NCBI GenBank assembly: GCA_002269645.1
Contig: NIVC01000902.1
Span: 2,801 to 66,800, forward strand
Length of the DNA: 64,000 nt
Direction: 5' to 3'
Source: Macrostomum lignano
Lineage: Eukaryota
Below are positions 1 to 62,244 of this stretch, piece after piece. The first letter of the stretch is position 1, and every line of letters starts with the position of its first letter. The translations under genes were made by a program, and so were the position numbers. The notes below the pieces were generated by a model that saw only the letters and a program-made list of their open reading frames with translations, was not told the DNA's origin and ran no database searches.

Positions 1-200
1 CCTATTGTCCCCATCTGGCGCCTATTGTCCTTCATCTGGCGCCCTTTTTCCTTCATCTAGCGCCCCTTGTCCCCATCTGGCGCCTATTGTCCCCCAACTG
101 GCGCCCCTTGTCCCCCATCTGGCGCTCTTTGTCCTTCATCTAGCGCCCTTGTCCCCATCTGGCGCCCCTTGTCCCCCATCTGGCGCCCCTTGTCCCCATG
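1..200. repeat. ~20-21 bp minisatellite (cctattgtccccatctggcg-type)
   Basis: About 9 degenerate tandem copies. The overlapping ORFs are repeat artefacts. Confidence 0.85.
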
Positions 201-454
201 CTGCAGCGGGCACCAGGGCGAGTTCAATGAGCGCTTCCGCCGGGCCGGTCCAGGTTGTCGAGTTGCTAAATGCTAATTTATTTTTCCACACGAAGCTCCT
301 CTTGTGCTGTCCCCGAAAGCTGGCACCGTCTCGCTTTCCATTGCAAGTTTTTGTTGTGCCTTCGTTTTTTATTAATAGCTGTTTGCCTTTGTTATAATTC
401 GATTCGAACTGCTGGCCCCTCATTAACTCGAAAAATTCTTGCAGTCTTGCATTA

Positions 455-1582
455 CGAGGGGCGCACTGAAAGTTTTGCGATACGCGAAACCACAAATGTC
501 TGAAGCAAAATTTCTGTCACAATTTTTCAAAGTAGTTGCCACCAGCTTGCTCGCATTTTCTTATCCGGTGAAAGCACTGCACCCGGCTCCAGCCCACTGT
601 TCTTCTGGCACTGCTGACACCACCCGCTCGATTCTTGCTGCTTCAGGGCTCTCAAACCGAGTCCCGCACAGTTGGTTCTTCACCAAAGGGAAGAGAAAGA
701 AGTCGCAGGGTGCCAGGTCAGGGGAATATGAGGGATGCGTCACCAACTGGACTCCATTCTCGCCAGAAATGCTAAAGGTGCAGCAGCCGTGTGCGCACTG
801 GCGTTGTCGTGGTGCAGCAGCAGGCCACGAAGTCCGGTGCGCGACCGGCGTCTGCGCCAAGCATCGAACACGAGCGGCAGGCACTGGTTAGTATACCAGT
901 CGCATTGACTGTCCGCCTGTCTTGGAGCGCTACAGTGGCCAGGTGGCCGGCCTGGCTGAAGAAAGCCGCCACCATCTGCTTCCCGACGCTGCGGGCCCGC
1001 TTGACCTTCGTTGGGGTGGCATCGTCCGGAAGGAGCCAAACTGCCGACTGCTGCTTGGTTTCCGGGTCGTACTGGTAGACCAAGGTCTCATCGCCACTGA
1101 TGATCTCCCAGCATCACTTCGAGGTCCCAGAATCGAATCTTTCGAGCATGAACTCGCACCAAAGTACCCTCTCCTCTTTCTGGTCCTCCGTCAGGTTGTG
1201 GGGCACCCAGCGGGCGCACCGCTTGGAGGCTTTGGCCCCACTTAAATTTCCTGTACAACCGAAAAACTGTGGCACTTGAAGGGGCTTGGTCTCCAAAGAC
1301 AGCATGTAAACTTTCAACGCACTGCTCCTACGCGAGACCTTTTTGCTGGTTGTAAACAATCATGACACAAAAGTCGTGGTTTGTCAACTCCATTGGAGCA
1401 AGTACAGTTTGGTAGGGGGTATTGACTTTAAAGAGTGATTGTGAAAAATTAACAACAGCGCAAAGGCTGGAAATTACTACCCAATCATCCTAAGGGTGGT
1501 AGAGTATGTATATGAAAATTCGTGCAGTTTTGACTTATGAGTCAGTCGTACGAGTATCTCAAAACTTTCAGTACGCTCCTCG
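455..1582 (-). mobile_element. Mariner DNA transposon, defective, 1128 bp
   Basis: 28-bp TIRs cgaggggcgcactgaaagttttgcgata (455-482) and tatctcaaaactttcagtacgctcctcg (1555-1582), with 3 mismatches. TA dinucleotides flank both ends (453-454, 1583-1584). Confidence 0.95.
517..1393 (-). pseudogene. Mariner transposase pseudogene
   Basis: N-terminal MELTNHDFCVMIVY...FGDQAPSSATVFRLYRKFK, WVPHNL, YQYDPETKQQS, LLHHDNA, HPSYSPDLAPCDFFLFP and C-terminal KCEQAGGNYFEKL*. It has an in-frame TAG near 1330, frameshifts, and an internal deletion before WVPHNL. Confidence 0.93.
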
Positions 1583-1800
1583 TACACTGCATTATTGCTG
1601 GGCTTCTCACTGGCTCGCGTTGCCCTTTTTGTGAACATTCTCTGTCTGGTTTCATAAATCCTACTTACTGTCTTGTTATCCACTGGGTAGACTCCTATAT
1701 CCGCATCCTTGTACGGAGTCTTAATAAACTGGCTTCTAGTTTTTTATTTATGAATATGAATAGCAATTTTTTAAATTGTAGTTAACAGCCTTTGTTGCTA

Positions 1801-2710
1801 GGCCACCCTCCCAGATCCTCAGTTTCTAGCCCACGCCACTCCCAGATCGTCAGTTGCTGGGCCAGCCTCCCAGATCGTCAGTTGCTGGGCCAGCCTCCCA
1901 GATCGTCAGTTGCTGGGCCAGCCTCCCAGATCGTCAGTTGCTGGCCAGCCTCCCAGAATGTCAGTTGCTAGGCCAGCCTCCCAGATCGTCATTTGCTGGG
2001 CCATCAGCCTCCCAGATCGTCAGTTGCTGGGCCATCAGCCTCTCAGAGTGTCAGTTGCTGGGCCACCCTCCAAGATCCTCAGTTGCTGGCCCACTCCACT
2101 CCCAGATCGTCAGTAGCTGGGCCAGTCTCCCAAATCGTTAGTTGCTGGGCCAGTCTCCCAGATCCTCAGTAGCTGGGCCACCCCAGTCCCAGATCCTCAG
2201 TAGCTGGGCCACCCCAGTCTCAGATCCTCAGTAGCTGGGCCACTCCACTCCCAGATCGTCAGTAGCTGGGCCACCCCAGTCCAGATCCTCAGTAGCTGGG
2301 CCACTCCACTCCCAGATCCTCAGTAGCTGGGCCACCCCAGTCCCAGATCCTCAGTAGCTGGGCCACTCCACTCCCAGATCGTCAGTAGCTGGGCCACCCA
2401 GTCCCAGATCCTCAGTAGCTGGGCCACCCCAGTCCCAGATCCTCAGTAGCTGGGCCACTCCACTCCCAGATCGTCAGTAGCTGGGCCACCCCAGTCCCAG
2501 ATCCTCAGTAGCTGGGCCACTCCACTCCCAGATCGTCAGTAGCTGGGCCACCCCAGTCCCAGATCCTCAGTAGCTGGGCCACTCCACTCCCAGATCGTCA
2601 GTAGCTGGGCCACCCCAGTCCCAGATCCTCAGTAGCTGGGCCACCCCAGTCCCAGATCCTCAGTAGCTGGGCCAACCCAGTCCCAGATCCTCAGTGCTAG
2701 TCCCAGATAC
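1801..2710. repeat. ~27-29 bp minisatellite (cccagatcctcagtagctgggccacccc...)
   Basis: About 30 tandem copies upstream of the SLC35A gene. Confidence 0.95.
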
Positions 2711-2849
2711 TCGGTCGCAGTTGAGCAGAGAAACCAGTACACCGCAGCGCTCAGCTGCTCAGCCGTTTGAGTCCCAGCTCATGGCTATAAAGTGGCACCC
2801 GGCCGCGCTCCCGCAGCCCAGGCCGGCCCAGCCCCACTAGCCGCACGCC

Positions 2850-4199
2850 ATGGCCAGCCAGCAGCAGCTGAAGTGGATCAGCCTCACCCTGCTGGTGCTC
2901 CAGACCTCCTGGTGCTGGCCATGCGCTACACCCGCAGCGCGGCGGAGCCCGGCCAGAAGCTCTACCTGACCTCCACGGCGGTCGTCATGGCGGAGGCTGT
3001 GAAGCTGCTCACCTGCCTGCTGCTGGTTGCTAGGGAGCACGGCTTCTCAGCCAGGCTGACAATTCGCGATCTGCGCACCGAGCTGCTGGTGAACTGGCAG
3101 GACACCCTGAAGCTGGCGGTGCCGGCCGGCCTGTACACCTTGCAGAACAACCTGCTGTTCATTGCGCTGTCGCATCTGAATGCCGCGCTGTACCAGGTGA
3201 GCGCTTCCAGCTTGTGGCGTTGTAGTCTATGTATGACTCATATCAGCTCTATGACTCATCCTCTATGACTCATATCAGCTCTCTGACTCATATCAGCTCT
3301 CTGACTCATCCTCTATGACTCATATCAGCTCTCTGACTCATCCTCTATGACTCGCATATCAGCTCTCTGACTCATCCTTTCTCTCTGACTCACATATCAA
3401 CTCTCTGACTCATCCTCTATGACTCACATATCAGCTCTCTGACTCACATATCAACTCTGACTCATCCTCTATGACACACATATCAGCTCTCTGACTCACA
3501 TATCAACTCTCTGACTCACATATCAACTCTCTGACTCACATATCAGCTCTCTGACTCACATATCAACTCTCTGACTCACATATCAACTCTCTGACTCATC
3601 CTTTCTCTCTGACTCACATATCAACTCTCTGACTCACATATCAACTCTCTGACTCACATATCAGCTCTCTGACTCACATATCAACTCTCTGACTCACATA
3701 TCAGCTCTCTGACTCACATACCAACTCTCTGACTCATCCTTTCTCTCTGACTCACATATCAGCTCTCTATGACTCGCATCATCTCTCTATGACTCACATC
3801 AGCTCTCTATGACTCACATCAGCTCTCTATGACTCACACATCAGCTAATTTGCGTGATGCCATTCGCAGGTGACCTACCAGCTGAAGATTCTCACCACAG
3901 CGGTTTTCTCCGTCCTGATGCTGCGCAAGGCCATCTCCGGCACCAAGTGGCTCGCGCTGCTCATCCTCTTCACCGGGGTGGCGCTGGTCCAGCTGCCTAG
4001 CCAGGACGACTCGTCATCGGCAGCGGCGACGTCTGAGCAGTCAGCGAGTCTCTCCAGCCAGATGGTGGGTCTGGTGGCCGTGCTCTCCGCCTGCTGCAGC
4101 AGCGGCTTTGCCGGCGTCTACTTTGAAAAGATTTTAAAGGTGCGTTTCGGAAATGCTCGTATTTTCTTTGCCTGATATATTACTGACAGCCTGTAAGCA

Positions 4200-4262
<63 letters not shown>

Positions 4263-4663
4263 CCTCAGGGCTCGCAGGCCTCAGTGTGGATGCGCAACAT
4301 TCAGCTCGGTCTGTTCGGCGCCCTCCTCGGCCTGGGCGGCGTGGCGGCCTCGGACTGGCAGCGGGTGGCCGCCGACGGCTTCTTCCAAGGCTACACGGGC
4401 TGGGTGTGGCTGGTCATCGGCCTGCACGCCTTCGGCGGCTTGGTGATCGCCGCGGTGATTAAGTATGCGACAACATCTTGAAGGGCTTCGCCAACGCGGT
4501 GTCCATCATCCTGAGCACCCTGGTGTCCTGGCTGTGGCTGGCCGACTTCGTGCCCAGCGCCACGTTCTTCGCCGGCGCCTCGCTGGTCATCGCCGCCACA
4601 ATGCTGTACGGCTGGGAGCGGCCGCAGCCTGCGCCGCCGCCCAGGCCCGCTGACAAGGTCTAG
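2850..4663 (+). CDS. SLC35A2/SLC35A3-like: Golgi nucleotide-sugar transporter (UDP-Gal/UDP-GlcNAc, SLC35A2/A3 family); exons 2850-3196, 3870-4139, 4269-4663; apparent frameshifts near 2909 and 4468
   Basis: Motifs [47 protein letters not shown]|[24 protein letters not shown]|[14 protein letters not shown] and KY(ADNIL)KGFA. Introns are canonical GT-AG and phases are consistent. Confidence 0.92.
3228..3845. repeat. ~20 bp intronic minisatellite (tgactcacatatcagctctc)
   Basis: Tandem copies fill intron 1 of the SLC35A gene. Confidence 0.92.
4201..4262. repeat. (CTA)n microsatellite
   Basis: Lies in intron 2 of the SLC35A gene and ends 6 nt before the acceptor. Confidence 0.97.
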
Positions 4664-4805
4664 CTGATCAAATTTCGCTGACGGTGTTCAGCCGCCTGGA
4701 TTTGACTGACTCAGGTTGCTCTTCCAGGTTTTTAATATGACAGCGCTGACAGGATTGTGTCTGACAAGATTTCTCTCAAGGCTAATAGCCTAACTTTTTG
4801 ATAAG

Positions 4806-5780
4806 ATCTAGCTGGCAAGAATTATCTGATGATGAGGTCTAGCTGACAAGAATTATCTGATGATGAGATCTAGCTGACAAGAATTATCTGATGATGAGGT
4901 CTAGCTGACAAGAATTATCTGATGATGAGGTCTAGCTGACAAGAATTATCTGATGATGAGATCTAGCTGACAAGAGTTATCTGATGATGAGGTCTGATGA
5001 TGAGATCTAGCTGACAAGAATTATCTGATGATGAGGTCTAGCTGACAAGAATTATCTGATGATGAGGTCTAGCTGACAAGAATTATCTGATGAAGAGGTC
5101 TGATGATGAGATCTAGCTGACAAGAGTTATCTGATGATGAGGTCTAGCTGACAAGAATTATCTGATGATGAGGTCTAGCTGACAAGAATTATCTGATGAA
5201 GAGGTCTGATGATGAGATCTAGCTGACAAGAGTTATCTGATGAAGAGGTCTAGCTGACAAGAATTATCTGATGATGAGGTCTAGCTGACAAGAATTATCT
5301 GATGATGAGATCTAGCTGACAAGAGTTATCTGATGAAGAGATCTAGCTGACAAGAGTTATCTGATGAAGAGGTCTAGCTGACAAGAATTATCTGATGATG
5401 AGATCTAGCTGACAAGAGTTATCTGATGAAGAGGTCTAGCTGACAATAATTATCTGATGATGAGATCTAGCTGACAATAATTATCTGATGATGAGATCTA
5501 GCTGACAAGAATTATCTGATGAAGAGGTCTAGCTGACAAGAATTATCTGATGAGGTCTAGCTGACAAGAATTATCTGATGAGGTCTAGCTGACAAGAATT
5601 ATCTGATGAGGTCTAGCTGACAAGAATTATCTGATGAAGAGGTCTAGCTGGCAATAATTATCTGATGATGAGATCTAGCTGACAATAATTAACTGATGAT
5701 GAGATCTAGCTGACAATAATTAACTGATAATGAGGTCTAGCTGACAAGAATTATCTGATGATGAGGTCTAGCTGACAAAA
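4806..5780. repeat. ~32 bp minisatellite (tctagctgacaagaattatctgatgatgagg)
   Basis: About 30 tandem copies. Confidence 0.95.
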
Positions 5781-6599
5781 ATCATTTGATGATAAGATTT
5801 AGCAAGTCCTGTCTGCCTCTGTCAGCAGGTGCCGGTGGTTGCGACTCCCTAGGTTGACATGTACTTTAGTTTTGGATATTTTGATTTTTAGTTTTTTATC
5901 ATGCATCGGTCACTGACAGTCGTTTTTGTATTTCTGGTTCCTCTGTTAGCGCGCGGTGCAACTGCAGCCAAATCCGGCACCGCGTGAAGATTTGCCAATG
6001 CTAAATCTAGCTGAAATCTGTGTGCCTTCTGCGATTTCACTGCCATTGTATTTCTTATTGCGCTTACTGATTAGCTATTGTACCGGGTGTTTGACTTGTG
6101 TACTCTTCATGTCATTGGTTTGCGCATGCACTTTTACTAGGAGCGATACAGTTTAGTCTGGGTGGCTTGGGTGTCTGGGATTTCACAAACTAGAAAGAAG
6201 CATTCTTCTCATTTAGAACTTTTTAGTATTAGCTTCAACTACTTTTGCCTTTGTTAAGTTTATTACGCTACATATCGGCAGTACGAGTAAAGGTGTTATG
6301 GTCTTACGGAGCCTCCTAGTGCAATTTTGCGGCTTTCTAACAGCTCCTTTAGGAACTTAATTGAACCGTGACCTCGCAAGCGGAAAGTTTGTGTGCCAGC
6401 TCTTGGACTTCTGAGCTCTGGGATATTCCAGTTTTTCTGGCCAGGCATTTCTCTGCTTTGAATCAGCTTAGGCTTCCATTCCAAGTGTGATCTAACACCG
6501 CTTTAAATTGAGTTTTGCACCCATCCACGGCTTATGAACCAACTTTCTGGCGCTCCAACTGTCCATGACCTATGACCACTTGTCTATGACCTATAACCC

Positions 6600-7138
6600 A
6601 ACTATTGACCTGTGACCAAACTTCCTGTGCCCTATGACTAAAACTGCCTATGACCTGTGACCAAAATTCCTGTGTCCTATGACTAAACTGTCTATGACCT
6701 GTGACCAAAATTCTTGTGACCTATGACTAAACTGTCTATGACCTGTGACCAAAATTCCAGTGCCCTATGACTAAACTGTCTATGACCTGTGACCAAAATT
6801 CTTGTGACCTATGACTAAACTGTCTATGACCTGTGACCAAAATTCTTGTGACCTATGACTAAACTGTCTATGACCTGTGACCAAAATTCTTGTGACCTAT
6901 GACTAAACTGTCTATGACCTGTGACCAAAATTCTTGTGACCTATGACTAAACTGTCTATGACCTGTGACCAAAATTCCAGTGCCCTATGACTAAACTGTC
7001 TATGACCTGTGACCAAAATTCCAGTGCCCTATGACTAAACTGTCTATGACCTGTGACCAAAATTCCAGTGCCCTATGACTAAACTGTCTATGACCTGTGA
7101 CCAAAATTCCAGTGCCCTATGACTAAACTGTCTATGCC
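6600..7138. repeat. 44 bp minisatellite (ctgtctatgacctgtgaccaaaatt...tatgactaaa)
   Basis: Period of 44 (copies at 6688 and 6732), about 12 copies. Confidence 0.95.
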
Positions 7139-7447
7139 CTATTCAGAGAGGTGTCATCCACGCCCCGTGACCCGCCTACCCTCACTAATGCAGCTCCGAT
7201 CTTGTTTTCAATCAATGCTCGAACTTTCATTGCTTCTGTTGCCTACTTGTGTCACAACTTTATCCGCTGTTAGTCTAGCCAGAGTTAGCTGCTAGTTCGG
7301 GACTTTGTTTTTATCTCACTGAAATATACATTTAACCGTGTGCGCACCCGAGTCGACTCAAGGCTGCGATTGCGATGCTAAATGAAGGCAAACTGGCCGG
7401 CCCCGCTGAGAGGCTTGTCTTCGACTTGATCATTCATCTGGTATGGT

Positions 7448-7448
<1 letters not shown>

Positions 7449-7506
<58 letters not shown>
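7449..7506. repeat. (GA)n microsatellite
   Basis: Pure GA run. Confidence 0.98.
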
Positions 7507-7509
<3 letters not shown>

Positions 7510-8603
7510 AAATTCAGGAAACTACTAAAGTACATAAAGTGTTGGCCTTCAGCCACGCGAAGTGCGCGTGAATTAAAATTCACTGCCCGGCCGCTGAGCT
7601 GAGGATGAATCGATGCTTCTGCGGCTTGACGCGGAGCTCTTGTCTTTGGGCAGGAGCTGCCAGTAGATTAACTTCTTTTAGCAGAAGACAATCCTTGAGA
7701 CTTGAAGAGTGTCAGCCTTGCTTAAAAATTTTAAAACAATGCCCTGCAGCTCCACCTGCGCCCCTGCCTGGCAATTGATCTTGCGTTCCCAGCTCCCCTC
7801 TGCCTGCCGAATCTTCCCATTGTCCTTGGAGAGCAGCTGCGGGCCCCCAGCTGCAGCTGCTGCCACCAGCATCTTTTGTTGCAGTTCTCGCAGCTCTGAG
7901 AAACTTTTTCAACTTGGGCTTCTGATGCTTTCATCGATTGAGAGGCGCCTCTTTGTCTTTGAGCTGGGAAGCTTGGCTGTGCGGGCCTGCGATCTGCATC
8001 GACTGCAGCTGCTTCTGATGCAGCTGGCTTGCGCGTAGGGACTTCCCCACTCTTCAAGTTGGGGTCTTGTAACTAAGGCCACTTACTAAACCTGCTCAAC
8101 AAGATGACGTCAGTTTCGACCCCTACTGGGGGTGTTTCGGCTCGTATAAGCTCCAGCTTACACCGGTACTCAAACTTAAAGAGTTTAATGCGCTATAAAT
8201 GCGCTTTATAAGCATTTTACCTTCACGACAGCCTGCAAACTCCTGAACCGCCTCCAGACTGACAATGGGCGCCCGGCCCAACCGACACTTAAGGGAGAGG
8301 AGGGAAGGCGACGGCAGAGCTGGGCTGCCCCTCACCATTGCTGCCGCTCCCCAGCTGCTGGAGAGAGTCCTGCGCGGCCCCGATTCGCCCCGGGTTGCCC
8401 CTGGCAAAGCCGACGCCAAGCGCCAAAACACAGCATAATACAATGGAGATTTTTAAAGGTGGGATCGGCCTCAGTCTTCCCCAGCCACTGCTAACCCGGC
8501 TTAAGCCCCCGCTTGTAAAGCTCTCAACTTTGAATAATTTCCCTGAGTACCTTCCGGCAAAGCTGCTGCGAGATCTCGCTGTTGAACCGGCATTTCGTCA
8601 GTC

Positions 8604-57528
<48,925 letters not shown>

Positions 57529-57537
57529 GTAAGTGCG

Positions 57538-57793
<256 letters not shown>

Positions 57794-57813
57794 GCATTTC
57801 TCGATTTTAAAAG

Positions 57814-57903
57814 TGCGAATCGCAGAGGAACTCGAAGACCAAGGGCTCATAACACAACTCAAGTTAAGCGTGGATTCTATCGGAGAGGAAAATTTTTCAA
57901 CAC
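57814..57903 (+). CDS. Possible further exon
   Basis: aaag| ... c|gtgagt, 90 nt, phase 1-1, open ([11 protein letters not shown]...). No domain recognised. Confidence 0.45.
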
Positions 57904-58483
57904 GTGAGTTTCCTTCTATTATTGAATTTGATTTTGACTGTATGCAGCTTGCATTGCCAACATTTTAAATTCTGAGTTACGATTTGCCTGAGCAAAACGG
58001 ATCGGTCCTGCAGGTAAGCAAACAGGTACGGATGTTAATAATAACATCCTTGCAATCTTACGCAACACTTTAGTAGTGTAAAACATTATTCATTTCGAAC
58101 TTCAATCGATTCTGTTTTTGTATTGTGCGCATTTTTGCATCCTTGGGACACTTTTGCTGCAATTACTGTGCAATCATTTCCTTCAGCCTAAATGTAATTC
58201 CTGACTTTTATATTTTGCTATTTTTTATAATGCAGTTTGATTTGAGTAGCTGCCAATTGCTGTGTTGCTCATTAATTATCCAATCCGAAATACACGCTAC
58301 TCTGGTGATGAAAAAAATGTTTTGGTTGATGGCTTTGTCAGAATTCATTTTACAGATGGAGGAGCCGTGGCGATGCAATGTTCGTCTGAATCAGCAATTG
58401 TGGTTTTCATTCCGGCATTGCGAAACGCAAAATTGATTTTAAAATTATAACACCCAGAGACTTTTACACTTTTAGACTTTATT

Positions 58484-59368
58484 CCAATCTCCAAAGTCCC
58501 AGAAATACAATCCCCAAAGTTCCAGAGATCTAATCTTCAAAGTCCCAATCTCTGAAGTCCCAGAAATCCAATCCCTAAATTTCACGAAATCCAATCTCCA
58601 AAGTCCCCGAATCCAATCTCCAGAGTCCCAATCTCCAAAGTCCCAATCTCCAAAGTCCCAATCTCCAAAGTCCCAATCTCCAAAGTCCCAATCTCCAAAG
58701 TCCCAATCTCCAAAGTCCCAATCTCCAAAGTCCCAATCTCCAAAGTCCCAATCTCCAAAGTCCCAATCTCCAAAGTCCCAATCTCCAAAGTCCCAATCTC
58801 CAAAGTCCCAATCTCCAAAGTCCCAATCTTCAAAGTCCCAATCTCCAGAGTCCCAATCTCCAAAGTCCCAATCTCCAAAGTCCCCAAATCCAATCTCCAA
58901 AGTCCCAATCTCCAAAGTCCCAATCTCCAAAGTCCCAATCTCCAAAGTCCCAATCTCCAAAGTCCCAATCTCCAAAGTCCCAATCTCCAAAGTCCCAATC
59001 TTCAAAGTCCCAATATCCAGAGTCCCAATCTCCAAAGTCCCAATCTCCAAAGTCCCCAAATCCAATCTCCAAAGTCCCAATCTCCAAAGTCCCAATCTCC
59101 AAAGTCCCAATCTCCAAAGTCCCAATCTCCAAAGTCCCAATCTCCAAAGTCCCAATCTCCAAAGTCCCAATCTCCAAAGTCCCAATCTCTAAAGTCCCAA
59201 TCTCCAAAGTCCCAATCTCCAAAGTCCCAATCTCCAAAGTCCCAATCTCTAAAGTCCCAATCTCCAAAGTCCCAATCTCCAAAGTCCCAATCTCCAAAGT
59301 CCCCGAATCCAAAGTCCCCGAATCCAATCTCTTCAAAGTCCCCGAATCCAATCTCGCTAGCCCCCGAA
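58484..59368. repeat. 15 bp minisatellite (aagtcccaatctcca)
   Basis: About 55 copies. Confidence 0.97.
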
Positions 59369-60469
59369 TCTAATATGCAGGGACGGACATGTCTGATGCT
59401 ACAAGCGTATTAAAGACTAATAATGATGCATAGAATTCTAACCAAGGACCACTAGGAGTTACCGTTACAACTAGTAGATACAACTGGAGCAAACCTCAGA
59501 GTGAAGAAGGAATAAAGTGACGCTATAGTTCGCATGAGGCTGCTCAAGCCTAAGTTGGCGAATTTCGATACTTCAATTACAGTAAATGCTTTGAAATGCC
59601 AAGCAAGTGAGAAGTGGTAGCTGGTGCATCCGGAATAGCACCAGTGCAGATGGCAGATGGTCTGCCTCGGCAGAAAATTCGTGTCACGAAACAGTGCGGT
59701 CACATCAGTCCCTGTAGAGCCGGCTGCTCTAGTCACAGAGGCACCGAATCTGATGGCATTTAGCAAGAGTACTGCGGAGTCGTTATCTTCTCAAAGTAGC
59801 TGTGCATAAGGTGAAAGAGGTTCATAAACTTGCTAACGTCTGGCATTCTGTCAAGAATTTGCTTCTAGAACGCATCACTGGGCGAACAAAAGGACCAACA
59901 TCTTGACTGGTTGAAGCATGAAATTCAAAATCCTAAGCGTCTGGAATCACTCAAAATGCTGGAATCCAATGCAGGTGAGGCATTGGACGAGAGTCTCTGG
60001 ACCCTGCTTAAATGCAGCTCTCTCGGCGGGAGTTCGGGATCCAATCGTACAGCTATCACCTCTCTGAGCCAGTCTCACCTTTCATCAGTACTAGCTGTAG
60101 TCGTTGATCGCACCTGCCTTTGTTCTGCCGCGATGCCCTTTGTAAACAAGGCCTTTCTGAAGAGCCGGCGTGGCATCTTTACTGCAAACCCTTGCTCAAG
60201 ACTGTTTGCTCACAATTCGCAACAGCTGCTGTATGAGAGCCGTAGAGTTTTCTGCCCAACAGGACTTTTCCCAAGCCAGCAGCAAGTCTCGCCTAGCAGC
60301 GAGTGGAATTGCTGCGAGTCCGAGGCGCTCGCTGATTGGCTGACACACTCTCTCTCCATGAGTATAAAGACGTCAGCGACGCCTTCTGAGGCCGGATTAC
60401 CGCCAATTCTTCGATTTCCAGTTTCTGTAAAACTAACAGGCATTGAGCACTAATCCGGTGAAAACCGCC

Positions 60470-61989
60470 ATGACTGACTCCAGTCAGCTCAGCAAGCTGG
60501 CATCCGTGCTTCTCATCTTGATGGCCTCCTCGGCTCTAGCTAGCGAAGGTAAACACTGCTCAGCCCGTATCAAACTGAGATGTGTATATTTGACTAGCTA
60601 TTTAAAATGTATGGGCACAAGTGTATTCTCATAGATCTTAAATTCATCAACTCGTGAATGGGCGTTACCTTTCAATATGACGCAGTAGCTGGGATACAGG
60701 TGTGGTGGTAACGCTGTGGTCGAATCCTTGACTTGGGACTATAGAGTATTTCGTGCTAAATGACTTGGGACTATAGAGTATTTCGTGCTAAATAACTGGA
60801 ACGACGAGTCGAGGCACGTGTTCATACCAGTGCCTTTGGATGCTCAGGTGTCAGCGGGAAGACATTCTTACATGTGGTTCCTCGTCGGCTGTCGCCAGGT
60901 GCTGCAGTGCCCGCAGACTTCAAACAGTTCCTCGACGCTGGGCCTCTCTAGTAGCAATTCCAATCTTTCAGAAATCCCGTGCGCCAACATCAGCATCGAC
61001 TCATCCAAGCACTTGGCCTTCGTGAGCAGCTCTGACGGATCGCTCAACGCTTCCGACAGCCAGGTGAACGTCACCTGCCGCGCCGGTGTGGGCGCCTACT
61101 TCGCCAATAGCAACGAGTCCAACTGGCTGCAGCTGGACTGCCGCAACGGCAGCTGGATGCAGACCTTCTTCATCGCCAACGACACCCGACCGGAAAAGCG
61201 ACTGCCTGCCGTTGATCTGGGCGACACTGCGCCATCCGTGCCCGACTGTATTGGTAAATTCTGGGCTGGTTGGCAAGATAGTGGGTTTGCTGCGGCAAGC
61301 AATGATATACAGTGCTCACAACGGAAAAATTGTTTGCGAGCAAGAATTGACATTGATTTATCGCATGTTACAAGGATGTCAATGGCTAGCCTAAAACGCG
61401 ATTTCAGTTGGCAATTTCCACCGTCTCAGTTTCCACCTCCTGTTTGAGACACTCAAGCACGCCACTCTGAGTGACGCGTATTCAAACAGACATGCATATT
61501 TTTTTAGTCTGACAAACACTCAGATTACTCTAAACTCCGAAAGCAGTGCAGGGTTTAAATCTCTAATTGAATGTTGATAGATATGTTTGGTAAGATACTC
61601 GTACAAGCGCACGTTTTGAATTTGACTACAGCAAACATTTCGTAGCGAAGTGTTCCATTAGGAAATATTGCTTCAGCTTAACCAATGTAGGACAAGAATG
61701 CACCCAACTGTTCCAGCGCACGTTTGCGGCTCGCCGGTTGTTGCCCCAAGCCTGACCCGGGTCTCCGCCAGCACGGGCCTCTTCAACTTGGCATATTCCT
61801 TCGGGGCTCGGCAGGTGCTCCAGTGCCCCACACTGCACGGCTACAGGTTCAAAGGGATCAGCAATGTCAGCTCGTTTAACTCGGCAGAATTGATTTGCGG
61901 CTTCCGTGGCTGGGCCGTGTTGCTGACGGGTCCACGCGGTCAGGTCTCTAATTATACTGCACCTGTTCCCGAGCTGCGGCAATGCGAAG
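60470..61989 (+). CDS. Second, paralogous Sushi mosaic gene (5' part): signal-peptide exon 60470-60548, Sushi A exon 60972-61253, Sushi D exon 61717-61989; presumably continues beyond the window
   Basis: MTDSSQLSKLASVLLILMASSALASE|; VNVTC..GAYF.NS..SNWLQLDC..W..TFF matches type A; GYRFKG..AELIC..GW matches type D. All introns are phase 1. Confidence 0.82.
60737..60792. repeat. Short (~33 bp) tandem duplication in intron
   Basis: tgacttgggactatagagtatttcgtgctaaa occurs twice. Confidence 0.85.
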
Positions 61990-62244
61990 GTCAGTGACCA
62001 CATCTGCAGGCTGTAGAGGGTCGATGGGTTTGACTTCCTATCGTGTTCGATCATGCGGTTGGGACTTAATTTAATAGAGTGCTAACATTTTTGCTTCATG
62101 CAAGCAAAGTTAAAAACTTGTGATAACAAATGAATGAAATGTAAAAAACCGACAGTGGGGAGTTTGTTAAAAGACTAATCGAGTCCCCCCCCTTCGGGGC
62201 GGCCAATAAGCAAGAGACGAAAATTATTTATGTGAATCCAACTA

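Noticed and set aside
7678-8600. GC-rich ORFs upstream of the giant gene
   Set aside because: They overlap on both strands, have no recognisable motif and no consistent splice pattern. They may be promoter/5' UTR or repeat remnants.
59452-60453. ORFs between the two genes
   Set aside because: No domain motif or clear exon structure, so I cannot support a gene here.
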